Assembly: GCA_030674455.1 (NCBI GenBank)
Contig: JAUSGQ010000002.1
Location: 6,207 to 70,206 of the forward strand
Length of the DNA: 64,000 nt
From: a bacterium
Lineage (GTDB): Bacteria; Patescibacteriota; Minisyncoccia; Phycocordibacterales; UBA2100
Reading direction: 5' to 3'
The number at the start of each line of letters is the position of its first letter. Within the stretch, counting starts at the first letter, position 1. A program made the position numbers and the translations under genes. The notes beneath the pieces are model-generated. The model ran no database searches. It saw nothing but the letters and a program-made list of their open reading frames with translations, and was not told the DNA's origin. Positions 1 to 9,864 of the stretch are shown here, piece after piece.

Positions 1-774
1 GCCCACGACTCTTTTCGCAATGTTTTGTGCTTTCTTGAGCGCCGTTTTTGTCATCGGGTGCGGCTGCCAGCTCTCGCGGTAATCGCCGTCAATCTGAATA
101 TGCCCAACGGGCGCGCAGTATGAAATGCCTTTTGCATGTCGCACCGTGAGCAATGTAATTTCGTAGTCAAAATTAATGAATCCCTCAACAATTACCTTGC
201 CTGTCTGCGCGCGCGTGCCTTCCATCGCAAATTTCCAGCATTTCTTGATGTCGCTGGGTTTACGCGCAATGCTCTGGCCGTGGCCTGATGAAGACATCGT
301 CGGTTTGATGACGCATGGGAACCCGACAGCTTTCGCGCCCGCTTCCAATTCCTCCAAGCTCGATGCGAAACGGTAGGGAGAGGTCGGTAATTTCAATATC
401 TCCGCGGCGAGCTGTCGGATTCCTTGGCGGTCCATAGTGAGCCGCACGGCGCGCGCGGTGGGTATTACGCGCCAGCCCTCTTTCTCAAGCTCCACGAGCG
501 TATCCGTCGCGATTGCTTCAATTTCGGGGACGATAAAATCCGGCTTTTCTTTTTCCACCACCTTCCGAATTTCTGCACCTTCGCGCATGGGGAACACATA
601 GCTCCGATGCGCAATTTGCATCGCGGGCGCGTTCGCATACCTGTCGCACGCAATCACCTCAATACCAAGCCGCATGGCCTCAATAGCGACCTCGCGCCCT
701 AGTTCGCCCGAGCCGAGAAGAAGGAGTTTAGTCGCGGAGGATTTGAGAGGGGTTCCAAATCGGACTTTTTTCAT
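1..774 (-). CDS. purT: Formate-dependent phosphoribosylglycinamide formyltransferase PurT (ATP-grasp), 5' part only; runs off the window start
   Basis: Reverse-strand translation starts [56 protein letters not shown]...[18 protein letters not shown]. This closely mirrors the E. coli PurT N-terminus ([16 protein letters not shown]...VIAVDRYADAPAM...[11 protein letters not shown]). There is no stop before position 1. Confidence 0.85.
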   Translation of the reverse strand, partial: MKKVRFGTPLKSSATKLLLLGSGELGREVAIEAMRLGIEVIACDRYANAPAMQIAHRSYVFPMREGAEIRKVVEKEKPDFIVPEIEAIATDTLVELEKEGWRVIPTARAVRLTMDRQGIRQLAAEILKLPTSPYRFASSLEELEAGAKAVGFPCVIKPTMSSSGHGQSIARKPSDIKKCWKFAMEGTRAQTGKVIVEGFINFDYEITLLTVRHAKGISYCAPVGHIQIDGDYRESWQPHPMTKTALKKAQNIAKRVVG

Positions 775-798
775 ATCGCGGAGTATACTATTTCTGTC

Positions 799-1293
799 AT
801 GAATCCCAAAATCAGCGATGATAGAGTCAAATACGATTTTCCCGTAATTTCCCTTACCTCGGTCACAGAGGCCGAAAGTCACGGAATAAAAGAATTAACC
901 ATCCAAAGATTGAAAGAATTTGGATTTCATTCCGTATCCAATTTTGATAATGACCTTGATAATCTTCAGCGTGAATATATTGATACAGGAGGAGCGATTT
1001 TTGTTGCGAAGGATGGCAATCGAATTATAGGTTCGCTTTTGGTCAAGAAATTAGCTGATGGCATCGGCGAGATAAAGCGTTTCCAGAACCTTCCCGAATA
1101 CCGTGGAAAGGGAATCGGAAAGAAACTCCTCGATAGCGCGCTTGTTTTCATGCAAACTCACGGATTCAAGAAAGCCGCGCTGGACACGACAAGCAAGAGT
1201 ACGAAAGCCATCGAATTGTTTAAGAAAGCAGGTTTTATAGAGACAAAAAGAGAAAGAGAAAAAATCTATTTTGAGAAATCTTTTAATGCATAA
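799..1293 (+). CDS. GNAT family N-acetyltransferase
   Basis: 164 aa with the acetyl-CoA binding motif: ...[41 protein letters not shown]. Confidence 0.7.
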   Translation: MNPKISDDRVKYDFPVISLTSVTEAESHGIKELTIQRLKEFGFHSVSNFDNDLDNLQREYIDTGGAIFVAKDGNRIIGSLLVKKLADGIGEIKRFQNLPEYRGKGIGKKLLDSALVFMQTHGFKKAALDTTSKSTKAIELFKKAGFIETKREREKIYFEKSFNA

Positions 1294-1310
1294 ACATCCG
1301 TCTACCTTAC

Positions 1311-1334
1311 TTGCTTATTCGCGCGAATAAGCAA
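1311..1334. repeat. 24-bp perfect palindrome TTGCTTATTCGCGCGAATAAGCAA (family 4, copy 1)
   Basis: The same sequence recurs at 19027..19052, overlapping the ribE stop codon. Confidence 0.8.
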
Positions 1335-1386
1335 ATAAGGATACTGCGATGTTGCGGCAAAACGAGAAGAATGAGAAAGTTGCTTC

Positions 1387-2121
1387 ATGGACAGGCCAAA
1401 AATCATTGTTTTTGCATCAGGCACGAAAGACGAAGGCGGTTCCGGTTTCGAGAATTTGGTCGAGGCATCAAAGTCTGGGATTTTGGAAGCAGAAATTGTC
1501 GCAGTAGTCTCAAACCACGAACACGGGGGAGTGTGCAAACGAGCGGAACGGCTAGGAATTCCCTTCATTTATTTTAATTCCTACTCAAGCAGCTATTCTC
1601 AAATTCTCAAGAATTTGAGAATAGACGGAGGAAGAACGGAGGCGGAAATGTATGCGCGTATTGTAAAAGAAAGCGGGGCGGAGTGGGTTGCTCTTTCCGG
1701 CTGGTTGAAGGTGGTGAATGGGCTAGACTCGAAGAGAACATTCAATATTCATCCGGCTCTTCTTTCACAGCTTGGCGGCCATGGCCGGGCAGGGCGGTTC
1801 GGTGGGAAGGGCATGTACGGAACGTGTTTGTATGAAGCAGTAAAAACCGCTTTAGACGCGGGCGAAATATCTGAATCAGGATTTACCATGCATTTTGTAA
1901 CAGACGAATTAGACAGAGGACCGGCGTTTTTTGAGTACCGTATTCCGCTCCGAAAGGGAATGAAAGCAGATGATATCGAAAAAGCAGTCCACGCTGCCGA
2001 ACACGAATGGCAGCCGAAAATCACGAACATGGTAGTCCATGGCGAGATTTCATGGGACGGGAAGAATCCAAAAAGTCTTGTTGTCCCGGAAGGTTATCAG
2101 TACCTGCCAAAACGTAAATGA
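1387..2121 (+). CDS. purN: Phosphoribosylglycinamide formyltransferase (PurN-like) with a C-terminal extension
   Basis: The N-terminus KIIVFASGTKDEGGSGFENLV matches the PurN G-x-G-S-N region. It also has NIHPALL and TMHFVTDELDRGP motifs. 244 aa. Confidence 0.75.
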   Translation: MDRPKIIVFASGTKDEGGSGFENLVEASKSGILEAEIVAVVSNHEHGGVCKRAERLGIPFIYFNSYSSSYSQILKNLRIDGGRTEAEMYARIVKESGAEWVALSGWLKVVNGLDSKRTFNIHPALLSQLGGHGRAGRFGGKGMYGTCLYEAVKTALDAGEISESGFTMHFVTDELDRGPAFFEYRIPLRKGMKADDIEKAVHAAEHEWQPKITNMVVHGEISWDGKNPKSLVVPEGYQYLPKRK

Positions 2122-2129
2122 TCGTCGAC

Positions 2130-2163
2130 ACCCGATACTTCATTTAATAATGAAGTATCGGGA
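2130..2163 (+). terminator. 14-bp-stem hairpin after purN
   Basis: CCCGATACTTCATT-taataa-AATGAAGTATCGGG followed by ATTTAGG. The U-tract is weak. Confidence 0.45.
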
Positions 2164-2177
2164 TTTAGGTAGGTGCA

Positions 2178-2206
2178 TTGAAAATAAAGCAATTTATGCG
2201 CATAAT
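2178..2206 (+). promoter_or_regulatory. Sigma70-like promoter for tRNA-Leu
   Basis: TTGAAA, a 17-nt spacer, then CATAAT. The -10 ends 8 nt before the tRNA 5' end. Confidence 0.55.
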
Positions 2207-2214
2207 CAGCGGAC

Positions 2215-2298
2215 GCCGCGGTGGTGAAACTGGTAGACACGCTAGCTTCAGGAGCTAGTTCTCGCAAGGGATTGGGAGTTCGAGTCTCCCCCGCGGCA
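2215..2298 (+). tRNA. tRNA-Leu (anticodon CAG), class II with long variable arm
   Basis: Acceptor GCCGCGG/CCGCGGC. D-arm GTG-AAACTGGTAGA-CAC. Anticodon stem CTAGC/GCTAG with loop TTCAGGA. T-arm GGGAG-TTCGAGT-CTCCC. Confidence 0.85.
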
Positions 2299-2330
2299 CA
2301 GAAGGAATTTGACTGCTACAATTCAGGAGT

Positions 2331-3413
2331 ATGGGAAATGTTGAATCTCAGAAATACCGAGCTGACTTATTGAACGATATAAATAAGAGTCCCGATAAAG
2401 CAAAGCGGCGCGCGATACTTGAGCAAGCGAAAACAACCACTGAATATAAAGAAGCTCGGAGATTAAAGCTAGAAAGCATCAACAGGTTTGTGGAAGATAA
2501 AGAAAAGATATCAGCTGTTAAAGCACGACTGGATATGGGGCAAGTTACCCCAGAGATAACCACCACAAGGCAAGTCGCCGAAGAGCTAGCAGGTTTGCAA
2601 ATTAACCGACCGGAATACTCGATTGAAAATGCCGTCCGCGAGAAGCCACTTATGCACTACTCTAAGGCTGGTAACATATTTCAAATTTTGCGCTTTGGCA
2701 TTCAAAGTAATAACTTTAAAAACAGATTTGACGCACTAAGAAATGGTAATCCTGGGGCGAACAGACTTGCGCAGCAAATGTGCGGACTGTGCATAAAACA
2801 AGGCGGTAGTTATCAGGGGGCAGACAGTATATCTTTATCAAAATTTTCAGAAAAGTTACATACGCCGCCAGGGAATGTACTTTACCTGGTGAATCCCAGG
2901 ATAAAGACTTTCGGTGATAGCGATGCGGAAAGAAACCCGAAATCTGGATATGGCCATGGAATAAAGGGTCAGCTAGTGGCAGGCGAATATGCAATTGGGA
3001 ATCCCACGGCTTATCGAGACGAAGTTTTAGGTGCAAATGCGATTATGCCGAAAGAGTTAAGGGCTATCGTTATTGATAAATCCACATCAATTATTTCTGA
3101 CATGAGTCGAGTGGTGCAAGAAAATGTCAAAGGTTTTATGCAGGAGAAACTGCGAAATTCTCGGGCAAGCGAAGACTTAGTTGCCACAGCAAAACTTCTT
3201 GCAGAATTAGCAGGAAATGCGGATATTGCGACTAAAGCGCAGGAATTACAGAAACAATCGGACACAATGGATTATCGGGAAATCTGCATGAAACTGATTA
3301 GCCTTCAAAAGAAAGCCCTTGTTGAATTAGTCGGCACAGGCAAGAATTTAGACGAAGAAAACTTAAGACAGGCAATCGAGAAAAGATTTAACATTCGTTT
3401 TATTACGAAGTAG
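2331..3413 (+). CDS. Hypothetical protein (orphan, 360 aa, soluble), directly downstream of tRNA-Leu
   Basis: Long ORF with lower GC than its neighbours and an A-rich 5' part. I recognise no family. The N-terminus is MGNVES, and the protein is K/E-rich and helical. Confidence 0.5.
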   Translation: MGNVESQKYRADLLNDINKSPDKAKRRAILEQAKTTTEYKEARRLKLESINRFVEDKEKISAVKARLDMGQVTPEITTTRQVAEELAGLQINRPEYSIENAVREKPLMHYSKAGNIFQILRFGIQSNNFKNRFDALRNGNPGANRLAQQMCGLCIKQGGSYQGADSISLSKFSEKLHTPPGNVLYLVNPRIKTFGDSDAERNPKSGYGHGIKGQLVAGEYAIGNPTAYRDEVLGANAIMPKELRAIVIDKSTSIISDMSRVVQENVKGFMQEKLRNSRASEDLVATAKLLAELAGNADIATKAQELQKQSDTMDYREICMKLISLQKKALVELVGTGKNLDEENLRQAIEKRFNIRFITK

Positions 3414-3478
3414 TAGCTTCGCTCCAATGTTGTTGGCGTGAACTCGCGTTTATGCCGGATGCTTGTTGTTCTCACACT

Positions 3479-5944
3479 TCAAACAACTCGCGATGGAATC
3501 CGCAGAATATCCGCGAAGACGCCGGCGGCTGTTACCTTGGCTCCCGCGCCGGGGCCTTTGATTACTATGGGCGTTGTGCTGTAGCGTTCGGTAGTGAACG
3601 CAATTACATTGTCGTTTCCTGAAAGCGAGTAGAACGGATGCTCTTTCCCGACGGCTTGCAAAGATACGGTCGCTTTTCCTTTGGAGAGCGTGGCGATGAA
3701 TCGCAAGACCTGGCCTTTATTTTCGGCATCTTTCCTTTTCTTTTCAAACGACGGGTCTTCTTTTTTAAGCTTTACGAAAAAGTCATCAATAGATTTTGCT
3801 TTTTGCAATTCCGGACTCAAAAGCCCCTTGATTTTAATATCCTTAATCTCGAGAGGGAAACCTGCTTCTCTCGCAAGTATCAGTATTTTTCGCGCAACAT
3901 CCATGCCGTCGAGGTCGCTTCTAGGGTCGGGTTCCGTGTATCCGAGTTCGCGCGCTTTCGCGACAATTTCGCTGAACGCATTACCCGCGGAGTAATGATT
4001 GAAAATGTAACTTAAGGTTCCGGAAAGTACCGCCTCAATTTTGACTATCTTGTCGCCGGAGAGCATGAGGTCGTTTATCGTGCTGATGACCGGCAACCCC
4101 GCGCCGACATTCGTTTCGTACAAGAATTTTACGCCGTGTTTCTGCGCGCGCTGTTTCATTTCCTTGTACTGCTCGTATGTGCCGGAATTCGCTCTTTTGT
4201 TCGGCGTGACAACCGATATCCCAGCCCGAAGCACGTCGGAGTAACGAGAAGCCACCTCTTCGCTTGCGGTGCAATCGACAAATACGCTTTCCGGCAAACC
4301 CATCTTTTTCATTGTGTCTATAAAACTATTAACTTTCATCTTTATGTGCGATTTCTCTAACGCCTTGCGCCATGAACCGGTTGAAATTCCATCCGGAGAG
4401 CAAGCAAAAGTGCGGGTGTTGGCAATTCCGGCAACGCGAATGTCATAGCCATGCTCCCGCGCCAGGGAATCTTTCTGCTCATGGATCTGCTCGAGGAGCG
4501 TGCTGCCGATGAGGCCGACGCCAACTTGGAAGATATTGATGCGTCTTCTCCCCGGAGCAAAAAAGGCCACGTGTACCGCATTGAGGGCTCTGATTTCCTC
4601 GGATTGATTTATAACTGCCGAGATATTCAGCTCGGATGACCCTTGCGCGATAGCGACGATGTTAACCCCGTTTCGGCCGAGAGTCTGGAACAGGCGGCCA
4701 GCGAGGCCCCGCTGATGCCGCATACCTTCGCCCACAATCGCGATAATGGAAAGCCCCCGTTCGACGAGTACATCATCAATTGAATGTGCGGCTCGCTCCT
4801 GCGAGAACTCCTCCTCAATTGCGGCTTTTGCCGCATCTGCATCTTTTGGGGACACGGCAATTGAAATCGAATGTTCCGATGACGCCTGCGTGATGAGTAT
4901 CACATTTATTTTTTCTCTGCCGAGCGCGCCGAAAAGCCGCCCAGAGACTCCCGTAGCGCCTGCCATACCGATTCCGCGAAGGGAGAGCATGGCAATCCCG
5001 CTTACAGCCGAAATACCTTTTATCAGGTTATCGTCCGGAATGGATTTCTTTCCGATAAGCGTTCCAGAGGCTTTGGGGTCAAAGATATTCCGTATATGCA
5101 ACGGAATATTCTTTTCGACGGCCGGGCGCATTGTTGCAGGATGAATGACTTCTGCGCCAAAATACGATATTTCAGCCGCCTCTTCGTAAGAGAGCGAGCG
5201 GATAGGCAAAACTTCTTTTACTTTCCGCGGGTCGGCTGTCAAAACTCCCGCAACTCCGGCCCATATCTCGATCATTTTTGCGCCGAGCGCGGCTCCAAGG
5301 ATGCACGCAGTATAATCGCTCCCGCCGCGCCCGATAGTCGTTGTTTCTTGATTCTTTGATGACGCGATAAAGCCCGTAGCAATTTGCAGTTTTTTATGAG
5401 CAGAGAAGTACTGCTTTATGTTTTTGTCCGTCTGCGTGAAATCAACGGCCGCCGAGCCGAAATTGTCGTCGGTGACAATAATGGTGCGCATGTCCAAGTA
5501 TTCGCACGACACTCCGCGGGCATTCAACACGTCCGAAAGCAGGCGCGAAGAAAGTCGCTCTCCGTAACTCATGATTCTGTCTCTTGATTTTCCTTCCAAT
5601 TCGCCAGTTAGGAACACCTCGCGCGCGGCATTCTCGAGTTTGCCGAAAAGCTCATCAATGTGCGCAAGAGCTGATTTTTGCGCCCGCTTCGAAAGGAGAG
5701 AGCGCGCCGCGTCTTTATGTTGCTTTTTAATATGAAGCAAAAGTTTTTTGTGCGTTTCTTTCTTCTGGGAAGCAAGTTCCGCTATCTGTATAAGCTCGTT
5801 TGTTACTCCACGCATGGCGGAAACAACGACTACGGGAACATGAGCATCCCTTTTGGACTTCTTTATGATGTCGACTACTTGTTCAATAGTCTTCGGCGTA
5901 TTCATTGAAGCGCCGCCGAATTTGAGGATTTTTGTCGTCCGCAT
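3479..5944 (-). CDS. thrA: Bifunctional aspartokinase / homoserine dehydrogenase
   Basis: 821 aa. The N-terminal aspartokinase fold begins KILKFGGASM. It has central ACT regions and a C-terminal homoserine dehydrogenase (NIFQVGVGLIGSTLLEQI...YETNVGAGLPVI). Confidence 0.9.
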   Translation of the reverse strand: MRTTKILKFGGASMNTPKTIEQVVDIIKKSKRDAHVPVVVVSAMRGVTNELIQIAELASQKKETHKKLLLHIKKQHKDAARSLLSKRAQKSALAHIDELFGKLENAAREVFLTGELEGKSRDRIMSYGERLSSRLLSDVLNARGVSCEYLDMRTIIVTDDNFGSAAVDFTQTDKNIKQYFSAHKKLQIATGFIASSKNQETTTIGRGGSDYTACILGAALGAKMIEIWAGVAGVLTADPRKVKEVLPIRSLSYEEAAEISYFGAEVIHPATMRPAVEKNIPLHIRNIFDPKASGTLIGKKSIPDDNLIKGISAVSGIAMLSLRGIGMAGATGVSGRLFGALGREKINVILITQASSEHSISIAVSPKDADAAKAAIEEEFSQERAAHSIDDVLVERGLSIIAIVGEGMRHQRGLAGRLFQTLGRNGVNIVAIAQGSSELNISAVINQSEEIRALNAVHVAFFAPGRRRINIFQVGVGLIGSTLLEQIHEQKDSLAREHGYDIRVAGIANTRTFACSPDGISTGSWRKALEKSHIKMKVNSFIDTMKKMGLPESVFVDCTASEEVASRYSDVLRAGISVVTPNKRANSGTYEQYKEMKQRAQKHGVKFLYETNVGAGLPVISTINDLMLSGDKIVKIEAVLSGTLSYIFNHYSAGNAFSEIVAKARELGYTEPDPRSDLDGMDVARKILILAREAGFPLEIKDIKIKGLLSPELQKAKSIDDFFVKLKKEDPSFEKKRKDAENKGQVLRFIATLSKGKATVSLQAVGKEHPFYSLSGNDNVIAFTTERYSTTPIVIKGPGAGAKVTAAGVFADILRIPSRVV

Positions 5945-6028
5945 TTAGTTGAAACTATCACATGAGCCAAACACTGGCAATTCCTTTTTGACATTGATTT
6001 TTGAGCTCGGGAAAGCTATGTTCTAGGC

Positions 6029-6748
6029 ATGCAGGTGCGGCCAATAAAAACGCGCGTTTTTAAGGAGGGAGAGAACCTTGCGGATTTTATTATCACGCAT
6101 ATACCGAAACTAAAGAATGGTTCAATTCTTGCCGTCACTTCAAAAATTGCCGCGCTCGCGGAGGGCCGTGTCGCCATCTTGAAGAATCGGAAAGAAAAGG
6201 AACGGCTCATTCGCTCCGAAAGCGAGTGGCAGCTCAAAGTCTTGCCGCAGTGGTGGCTCACCGTACGCGACGGCACGGTTGTCGTGAATGCCGGGCTCGA
6301 CAATTCAAACGCGGATGGAAAGACTATTCTGCTCCCGAAAGACAGTTTTACGTCGGCTCTTGCGTTGCGCAAACAATTAAAAAAGAAATACAAGCTCAAG
6401 AATCTCGGCGTCGTAATTACCGACAGTCGCACGAGCGCTCTGCGCGCGGGCGTGACTGGAGTGGCGCTTGGCTACGCTGGTTTCAAAGGTATCAAAGACT
6501 ATCGGGGCCAAGCGGATATATTCGGGCGGAAGCTCAAAGTAACGCAAACAAACGTCGCGGACTCTCTCGCGACCGTTGCGACCATTGTTATGGGAGAAGG
6601 AAGTGAGCGCCAACCGCTTGCAATCATTGAAGACGCTCCTATTGAGTTCAGCGAGAAAGTCAATAGAAAAGAATTGCGGATTTCTCTGAAATACGACATG
6701 TACCGCTCGTTATTTGCGAAAAAAATGAAGATCAAGGGGAGTCCTTGA
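6029..6748 (+). CDS. F420-0:gamma-glutamyl ligase (CofE) family protein
   Basis: 239 aa with ILAVTSKIAALAEGR...GLDNSNADG...VVITDS motifs characteristic of PF01996. Confidence 0.65.
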   Translation: MQVRPIKTRVFKEGENLADFIITHIPKLKNGSILAVTSKIAALAEGRVAILKNRKEKERLIRSESEWQLKVLPQWWLTVRDGTVVVNAGLDNSNADGKTILLPKDSFTSALALRKQLKKKYKLKNLGVVITDSRTSALRAGVTGVALGYAGFKGIKDYRGQADIFGRKLKVTQTNVADSLATVATIVMGEGSERQPLAIIEDAPIEFSEKVNRKELRISLKYDMYRSLFAKKMKIKGSP

Positions 6749-6799
6749 TTTGGTATTTTTAGTGAAGATCAAGGGGAGTCCTTGATTTTGGGTATTTTA
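6731..6799 (+). terminator. Tandemly duplicated rho-independent terminator (two copies of ATCAAGGGGAGTCCTTGAT plus a T-tract)
   Basis: The hairpin has a 7-bp stem ATCAAGG/CCTTGAT with loop GGAGT, followed by TTTGGTATTTT. The roughly 36-bp unit occurs twice, at 6731-6760 and 6768-6799. The first copy contains the stop codon of the preceding CDS. Confidence 0.7.
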
Positions 6800-6875
6800 G
6801 GTAAATTTCTGTTTTCCCCAGCCCTTGTCGCACGCGTGTCTTTCTATAAAGCAGGGTGCTAGAATCACTACTTCC

Positions 6876-8660
6876 ATGTGGGAACTGACCCTTGTAGGAC
6901 TCATAGTTCTCTTTTTTCTACACTTTGGCCTTAAGAGTCGGGTATCGAAATTGGAGGAGGAATTGAAGAAGAGGGGAACTGATGCTGTTCCTGTTGCTTC
7001 TGATGTTGCGCAGTCCGCCGCGAGCCGTCTACAGGTCCCGCCACAAACGGCGGGGCCAGTGCCGCAACCAGGGTTTATGAATGTTGTTCAAGCGGTAGCG
7101 GCAATGAAAGAACCAGTCGCGAGTTCAGCATCACCATCGTGGGATGTCCAGTTTTCCGCATGGCTCAAAGAAGATTGGCTATTAAAACTCGGCGCTCTCC
7201 TTTTCTTGATAGGTTTTGGATGGCTCGTGAGCTACGCATTTTTGCACAACTGGATAGGACCTGTCGGACGCATTACTATCGGCCTCATTGCTGGAGCGCT
7301 GATCTTGATATTTGGATGGTGGCGCATGCGCACATTTGTTCATCAGGGAGGAGTATTCATGGTCATAGGTTCGGCTGCAGTCCTACTGACTGTTTTTGCC
7401 GCCCGTGAGATATACCAGTTCTTCACTCCAACGATTGCTCTTTCTGTTATGTTTTTGACTTCCGCATTTGTCGCGTTCGCGAGCGTACAGTTCAAGTCGC
7501 GCAATCTTGCGCTCGGAAGTCTTATTGTGGCCGGCGTCGCGCCACTCCTCACCAATTCGCCTGCACCAGATTACATCGGGTTGTTCGCTTACCTCTTGGT
7601 TGTCGTCGTTGGCGCAGTGTGGATTGTCGCGCTTACCGGCCAGCGCGCGCTCACGCTGGCGGCTTTGGTTATTGTCGCCTTGTACAGCATGCCACACCTT
7701 TTTGGCATCCTTTCTGCAGATACAAGCATTTTGCTGCTCTTTGCGTATGCATTTGGTGCGATATTCTTTATCACAAACATTCTCGGCATATTGCGGAATA
7801 AGGAAAAAGATTCCGCCGATACTATATGTGCAGTGGGAAACGGACTTTTTCTGCTCACTTGGATAATGATGGTCGCTCCGGAAGAATGGCAAAGTCTTAT
7901 AATTTCAGCGTGGATGGTTGCATTTCTAACTGCGGCATTCGTGGCATATAGAGCCACACAACGGCCCGACGCTTTCTATACGTACGCCGGCGTGGCAGTC
8001 GCCATGATAGCTGCCGCGACAGCGGCCGAACTGGAAGGTGCCGCGCTCACCATCGCATACACTATTGAAAGCGGCCTCATACCTCTAATTTCTTATGCGG
8101 TCCTTAAAGACTTCCGATTGGCATCGCGCACATCCTTACTCTTGATCGGTCCGGCGTTTCTGGCTCTTCCGAGCATTGTTTCGTCATCGTGGAATGTTGG
8201 AGTCGTTCAAAAAAATTTCTTTGTTCTCCTGATTCTTTCGGCGACGTTGTTTCTCCTGGGTCTCTTTTTCTCTCGATTGCAGCCTGAAGTCCAAACAAAC
8301 GACAAAGCAACCCTATCGTCGACGCTATTGGTCGCCGGTTCAGTATTCGCATATATCCTGCTCTGGCTTTCCATGCGAGCCGCGCTCGATAACAACACAG
8401 TCGCCGTCATGATATGTCTCATAATCTATACGATTATCGGGCTCATCGCCTACTTCTACGGACGCACCAATGATAAGGGAAATATTCGAATATACGGCGG
8501 AGTACTGCTGGCGTTTGTGGTAGTGAGGCTTCTTTTGATAGATGTTTGGAATATGGAATTGACTTGGAGAATAATCACATTCTTTGCCGTAGGCGCGCTT
8601 CTCATGAGTACGGCATTTTTTGGACGGCACAAATCTGCGCCTCTTGCCAAGAGTTCATGA
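6876..8660 (+). CDS. Large polytopic membrane protein (DUF2339-like)
   Basis: It starts with an N-terminal TM helix, then a charged coiled segment ([10 protein letters not shown]), then more than 12 predicted TM helices. Start chosen at MWELTL after a TAGAAT -10. An alternative start is 6825. Confidence 0.55.
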   Translation: MWELTLVGLIVLFFLHFGLKSRVSKLEEELKKRGTDAVPVASDVAQSAASRLQVPPQTAGPVPQPGFMNVVQAVAAMKEPVASSASPSWDVQFSAWLKEDWLLKLGALLFLIGFGWLVSYAFLHNWIGPVGRITIGLIAGALILIFGWWRMRTFVHQGGVFMVIGSAAVLLTVFAAREIYQFFTPTIALSVMFLTSAFVAFASVQFKSRNLALGSLIVAGVAPLLTNSPAPDYIGLFAYLLVVVVGAVWIVALTGQRALTLAALVIVALYSMPHLFGILSADTSILLLFAYAFGAIFFITNILGILRNKEKDSADTICAVGNGLFLLTWIMMVAPEEWQSLIISAWMVAFLTAAFVAYRATQRPDAFYTYAGVAVAMIAAATAAELEGAALTIAYTIESGLIPLISYAVLKDFRLASRTSLLLIGPAFLALPSIVSSSWNVGVVQKNFFVLLILSATLFLLGLFFSRLQPEVQTNDKATLSSTLLVAGSVFAYILLWLSMRAALDNNTVAVMICLIIYTIIGLIAYFYGRTNDKGNIRIYGGVLLAFVVVRLLLIDVWNMELTWRIITFFAVGALLMSTAFFGRHKSAPLAKSS

Positions 8661-9847
8661 CGATGAGAAGACAATTCGCGGGTGCAATTATATTTGTGTT
8701 CGCTTTGGTTTTCTCTTCGAGCGTTGCCTACGCAGAGATTTTCGAGGGAAATGTTCTCGAGATCGTAAGCGCGTATCGCCAGTACAAAGAAATCGGGTCG
8801 CTTCCGATTCGGGTCCCTACTGTTATACAAATTCCTTTCAATAAAGACTTCATGGAAAGGGCAGATAGCACCGTGCTGAATTTGACGACGGGGAAATTTG
8901 AGCCGAGTTACTTCAAACAAGAATCGAGAGCCAATTTAATTCCTATCACGGCGCAAGTTCCGAATGGCAACGGCCAATATATGCTCGATGACGACATACG
9001 AACGTATGTCGAATTCCCGTTGCCCGAGGCAGGGACCGGTTCCGTACGTATTGTCCTTTATAGCGCTCGGCCGATAGTATCTTCTAAGCTTACGGTACTT
9101 CTCGATGATTACGTGGCGCTCCCAACCCAAATAAAGATTAGTACAGAGTCAACGCAAGGGGAAATAATCATTCTCGCTCCCACGCGCATGGATGGGCAGA
9201 CTATTCGATTTCCCAAAACAACTTCCGCTATTTGGGTAGTGACGCTATGGTACGCCCAGCCGCTGCGCATTACGGAATTGCGTCTTGCGCAGGACAACGC
9301 GCCAATAGCATCAGGGAGTCATCTGCGTTTTTTAGCTCAGCCGGACAATCAATATGAAGTGTATTTTGACGCAGACCGTCCTGCGCTTCCCAAAGTCGGC
9401 GAAATCGGAAATTTAACTGATGACAGAGATGTTCTCACTATCGACCGTCAAGCACAAAAGAATCCTCGGTATGTAATAGCAGACACCGACGGCGATGGAA
9501 TTCCAAACATACTGGATAACTGTCTATCCGTCGCAAATGCAGACCAGAAAGATGCGGACGGCAATGGCCGCGGGGACTTGTGCGATGATTTCGACAGAGA
9601 TGGAATACCAAATGCGAAAGACAATTGTCCCAACGACCCTAATGTAAACCAGATGGATACTGACGGGGATGGGATAGGGGATGTTTGCGACAAAGAGGAG
9701 AGCAGGATAACCGAGCGCAACGCCTGGCTTCCGTGGCTTGGAATAGGATTTGCGGCACTTGTTCTCGTGGGCCTCTTTACGGCGACTGCGCTTATGAAGC
9801 CAAAAAATCCGGATGTCCCAGAAAAGACACCGACTGCCACGGAGTAA
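8657..9847 (+). CDS. Secreted, C-terminally membrane-anchored protein with thrombospondin type-3 (Ca-binding) repeats
   Basis: Signal peptide [26 protein letters not shown]. It has two TSP3-like repeats ([14 protein letters not shown]...[12 protein letters not shown] and [33 protein letters not shown]) and a C-terminal TM helix. The start overlaps the upstream stop (ATGA). Confidence 0.7.
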   Translation: MTMRRQFAGAIIFVFALVFSSSVAYAEIFEGNVLEIVSAYRQYKEIGSLPIRVPTVIQIPFNKDFMERADSTVLNLTTGKFEPSYFKQESRANLIPITAQVPNGNGQYMLDDDIRTYVEFPLPEAGTGSVRIVLYSARPIVSSKLTVLLDDYVALPTQIKISTESTQGEIIILAPTRMDGQTIRFPKTTSAIWVVTLWYAQPLRITELRLAQDNAPIASGSHLRFLAQPDNQYEVYFDADRPALPKVGEIGNLTDDRDVLTIDRQAQKNPRYVIADTDGDGIPNILDNCLSVANADQKDADGNGRGDLCDDFDRDGIPNAKDNCPNDPNVNQMDTDGDGIGDVCDKEESRITERNAWLPWLGIGFAALVLVGLFTATALMKPKNPDVPEKTPTATE

Positions 9848-9864
9848 TTAACTGGCTAGTTTTT

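Noticed and set aside
7383-7957. Minus-strand ORFs (169 and 122 aa) inside the DUF2339 membrane-protein gene
   Set aside because: They are fully embedded antisense to a long, well-supported membrane-protein ORF. Their composition is typical of antisense frames of hydrophobic genes.
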